Of a stretch of 64,000 nt of DNA, positions 61,545 to 64,000 are shown in pieces (within the stretch, counting starts at the first letter, position 1; every line of letters starts with the position of its first letter). Below the pieces are notes generated by a model. It was not told the origin of the DNA. It searched no databases and was given only the letters and a program-made list of their open reading frames with translations. The DNA comes from Euglena gracilis. Taxonomy: Eukaryota. The position numbers were made by a program, and so were the translations under genes. The stretch covers positions 40,541,572 through 40,605,571 of the forward strand of contig CP154954.1 of the NCBI GenBank assembly GCA_039621445.1, read 5' to 3'.

Positions 61545-63762
61545 GAAGCGGAAAACCGCTTCAATGATTTCTGAAATTAATTTCTTAGCAGATTCACGGA
61601 GAGATGCGACTGAGCAAAAAGGTTTTAGAAAAACTACTACATCCACAAACGATGAACGTTGTCATCTCTCCATGAAACACACAGATACAGAAAGATAATA
61701 TACATGTAGCAAAAACACACGTGAACGTGAGACAGAAGCACAACGAAGAAAATAAAGTAAACTGTCTAATGAAGCGGAATACCGCTTCATTGGACATCCT
61801 TGGTCGTGATGTCAACGGAAGGTCAAATGAATCAGTTGTAACAGAAATACACGTACATTTTATCTCAGTCAGATAAAAAGGAGGAGAGACCACGTTGAAC
61901 ATTCGTGATTCACTCTGCCTGACACCGACGTTGGCCACCGTCGGTGTCGGTTCTTCCTGTGGGCTGCCGGGGCCGCAAGCGGCGGAAGCAGGCACCCGGC
62001 AGCCCCGTGGCTCCCCGCCTTGTACTGTTTGAGTCAGAATGGTTTTAAACCTAGACTGATGGTATAACTAAGATACGAGGTTCGTGGTACACTTAGCGGT
62101 TTGGTGGTTGTGTACCTCGCGGAGCGAATGCATAGGGCCTGAAAAACGGATAGGGAACACAAAGGAAGCGGTTATCCGCTTCCTTTGTACATAATGGACA
62201 CAATTTCATTAAAAAGGGGAGAGGCTGGACCGGGTCCAATTCACTTCCCCGGACCCCCGAACGGTGCCCAGCCGTCAGGGGTTCGGTTACGGCTTTTGCT
62301 GGACCGGGCAGGCGATCGTACAGTCCAGGCTCCCCAGTCATCTCAATACATAAACATTACTAAGCGTGTGGTGCATGTCACAAACTGCACTTTGTGGTAC
62401 AGTTAAACGTTAAACGGTTAACCACATCGCGGATTGAATTCCAACGATGATAAAACCACACAAAAATCATTGATGGAACGTACATGAAGCGGCTTTCCGC
62501 TTCGTTTTGAGGAAGTGACCAATGTGCTTAATGTCACTCGCGAGCTTCGTAACTGTTTACCGGTTGAATGTACCACGAACGGAGGAACAACGGAAATGTT
62601 AGCATCCACATGAAAGAACGTGGTTACAGTGCTGGATCGAAGCCAAGATTGGTCCACAGCACATCGTTGTACACGCCTCTTAACCTTTGATACACTGCTG
62701 AGTTCATCGAGTCCATGAGAAGTCCTCTGCGAACATGACCTTGGCGGAGTTTTTAACAGCAATCCGCTGACAGAAGACACCTGTATATTTAACCGCACAT
62801 AAAATGAAGCGGAAAACCGCTTCACCTACGCCCGAAATCGCGATCACGTCTGTTCATACCGAGTACTGTGACCACCAAGTACTACATTAATCAAACCGCA
62901 CGCATTCAGGAGGTTTACCTGAACGTGCTCTACGGGCTGCCGCTGGCAATGGCCAGCAAAGGCCGTATGTGGCGGGGACTGCCCACCCCCTCCACGTACT
63001 GTCTGTGGTTCCCTACCAGTGACAGCCTCCTTTTTTGCTTTTACAAGAGGCAGCGGGAATCCGCTTCAGATGAAGCCAGAAGCGTGGGTAGCGACTGTGA
63101 TCACCCAGGCAGTCGGGTTCATCGGTACAGAGATTGAACGCAGTGTGCTGGAGGATGTTCGCTTTCTGGTGCAAGTACATTGGTCAGCTGGTGAAAGATG
63201 GGACGTCAGTGTATATACCGAGATCAAGATACTACATACGCCCGTGATGTTGCGATGGTGGAGTAGTAACTGTGATCACGGCAGGCAGTCAAGCAAATGT
63301 GGGTAGTGACTGTGATCACCCAGGCAGTTGCACAGAAAATAAACAGCCATTAATTTTAAAATGAGGCAGAATAGGAAGCGTTTTTCCGCTTCAAAGAAAA
63401 ATGGCAGAAAAAATACGTAAATCCAACCCTACGTTTCTGAATCGCGTGGTTTCTAACCGACGTAACATGGCAGTTGTACCACCAACCACATCAATTCAGC
63501 ACAAGTTCCCAGGTACTCCTGTTTTGAGAAGGATTTTACCTGACATCGCGCTCTGGATGCGCCCAATTTGAGAAACTAACGTCCTGTTGCACCCCCCGTT
63601 TATAAATTGAAAGATCCCTGCCAAACAGCACCAAAAATCAACAAACGATGGTTATGAAGCGGAAAAACGCTTCATATGTGAAGTATAGTTTAGTTTAGTT
63701 AGAGAGATGGTTTAAATGGTCTGATAAAATAGTTTTCGTAAGAGGAAGCGGTTATCCGCTTC
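61545..63762. repeat. Dispersed array of nine 18-bp palindromes GAAGCGG-N4-CCGCTTC
   Basis: Starts 61545, 61771, 62165, 62486, 62806, 63050, 63375, 63656, 63745; six perfect, three with one mismatch; spacers unique. Confidence 0.92.
62910..62995 (+). CDS. Exon of a divergent plus-strand gene, unknown product: EVYLNVLYGLPLAMASKGRMWRGLPTPS
   Basis: ATTCAG acceptor, AC|GTACTG donor; GC-rich island; joins in frame to 63854. Confidence 0.55.
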
Positions 63763-63853
63763 CTTTAAGTCTAGAGAAATCATTTCCTTCTGGTTGGAAC
63801 AGAGAAAACATGCCTGTCAGTGCGTCGCCTGTGGAACTGGTCCTGAACATTAG

Positions 63854-63936
63854 GGGCCTCCGCGCATACTTGCAAAGAGGTCGACCTCGTTCGGGATGGG
63901 ACCTGTTTCACGATGCCTTCGTGGCTCATGATGCAG
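63854..63936 (+). CDS. Next exon of the divergent gene: GLRAYLQRGRPRSGWDLFHDAFVAHDA (continues beyond window)
   Basis: CATTAG acceptor, G|GTGCCC donor; phase matches the previous exon (AC|G = Thr). Confidence 0.55.
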
Positions 63937-64000
63937 GTGCCCAAGGCATTGTCTCACTGTGCTGCATGGTGCGGCTGAATAGGCGATCGCGTCGCACAGT

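Noticed and set aside
61545-63762. CRISPR or integron-like array
   Set aside because: Repeats are only 18 bp with variable centres, gaps are irregular (89-394 bp), no cas or integrase gene is adjacent, and the context is eukaryotic with spliced exons.
63745-63775. Helitron 3' end (hairpin plus CTAG)
   Set aside because: Only the last palindrome is followed by CTAG, and the next base is A rather than T; the other eight lack it.
1-64000. tRNA, rRNA or snRNA genes
   Set aside because: None recognised by eye; a covariance-model scan would be needed to exclude them.

Overview
Eukaryotic nuclear DNA, most likely from a photosynthetic euglenid. This is inferred from the mix of GT-AG and stem-loop 'non-conventional' introns, a tripartite plastid-type presequence and TTAGGG seeds. 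Positions 1-36.7 kb hold a degenerate tandem array of a multi-kb unit (six copies of a ~1.5-2 kb core) that carries exon-like segments and is studded with MITEs (hAT-like with 8-bp TSDs, TTAA and TA types). Positions 41.6-45.8 kb hold a decayed DIRS-type tyrosine-recombinase retrotransposon (gag-like, RT, RNase H, N6-adenine methyltransferase-like, YR). Positions 46.2-61.0 kb (minus strand) hold a manually reconstructed 16-exon gene of ~487 aa encoding an aspartyl/asparaginyl beta-hydroxylase-family 2OG-Fe(II) dioxygenase, with 9 GT-AG and 6 non-conventional introns. Positions 61.4-64 kb are a compositionally distinct, MITE-free island with nine spaced copies of the palindrome GAAGCGG-N4-CCGCTTC and exons of a divergent plus-strand gene. 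Most ORFs in the supplied track are artefacts of homopolymer-rich repeats. All calls were made by eye, with no database searches.
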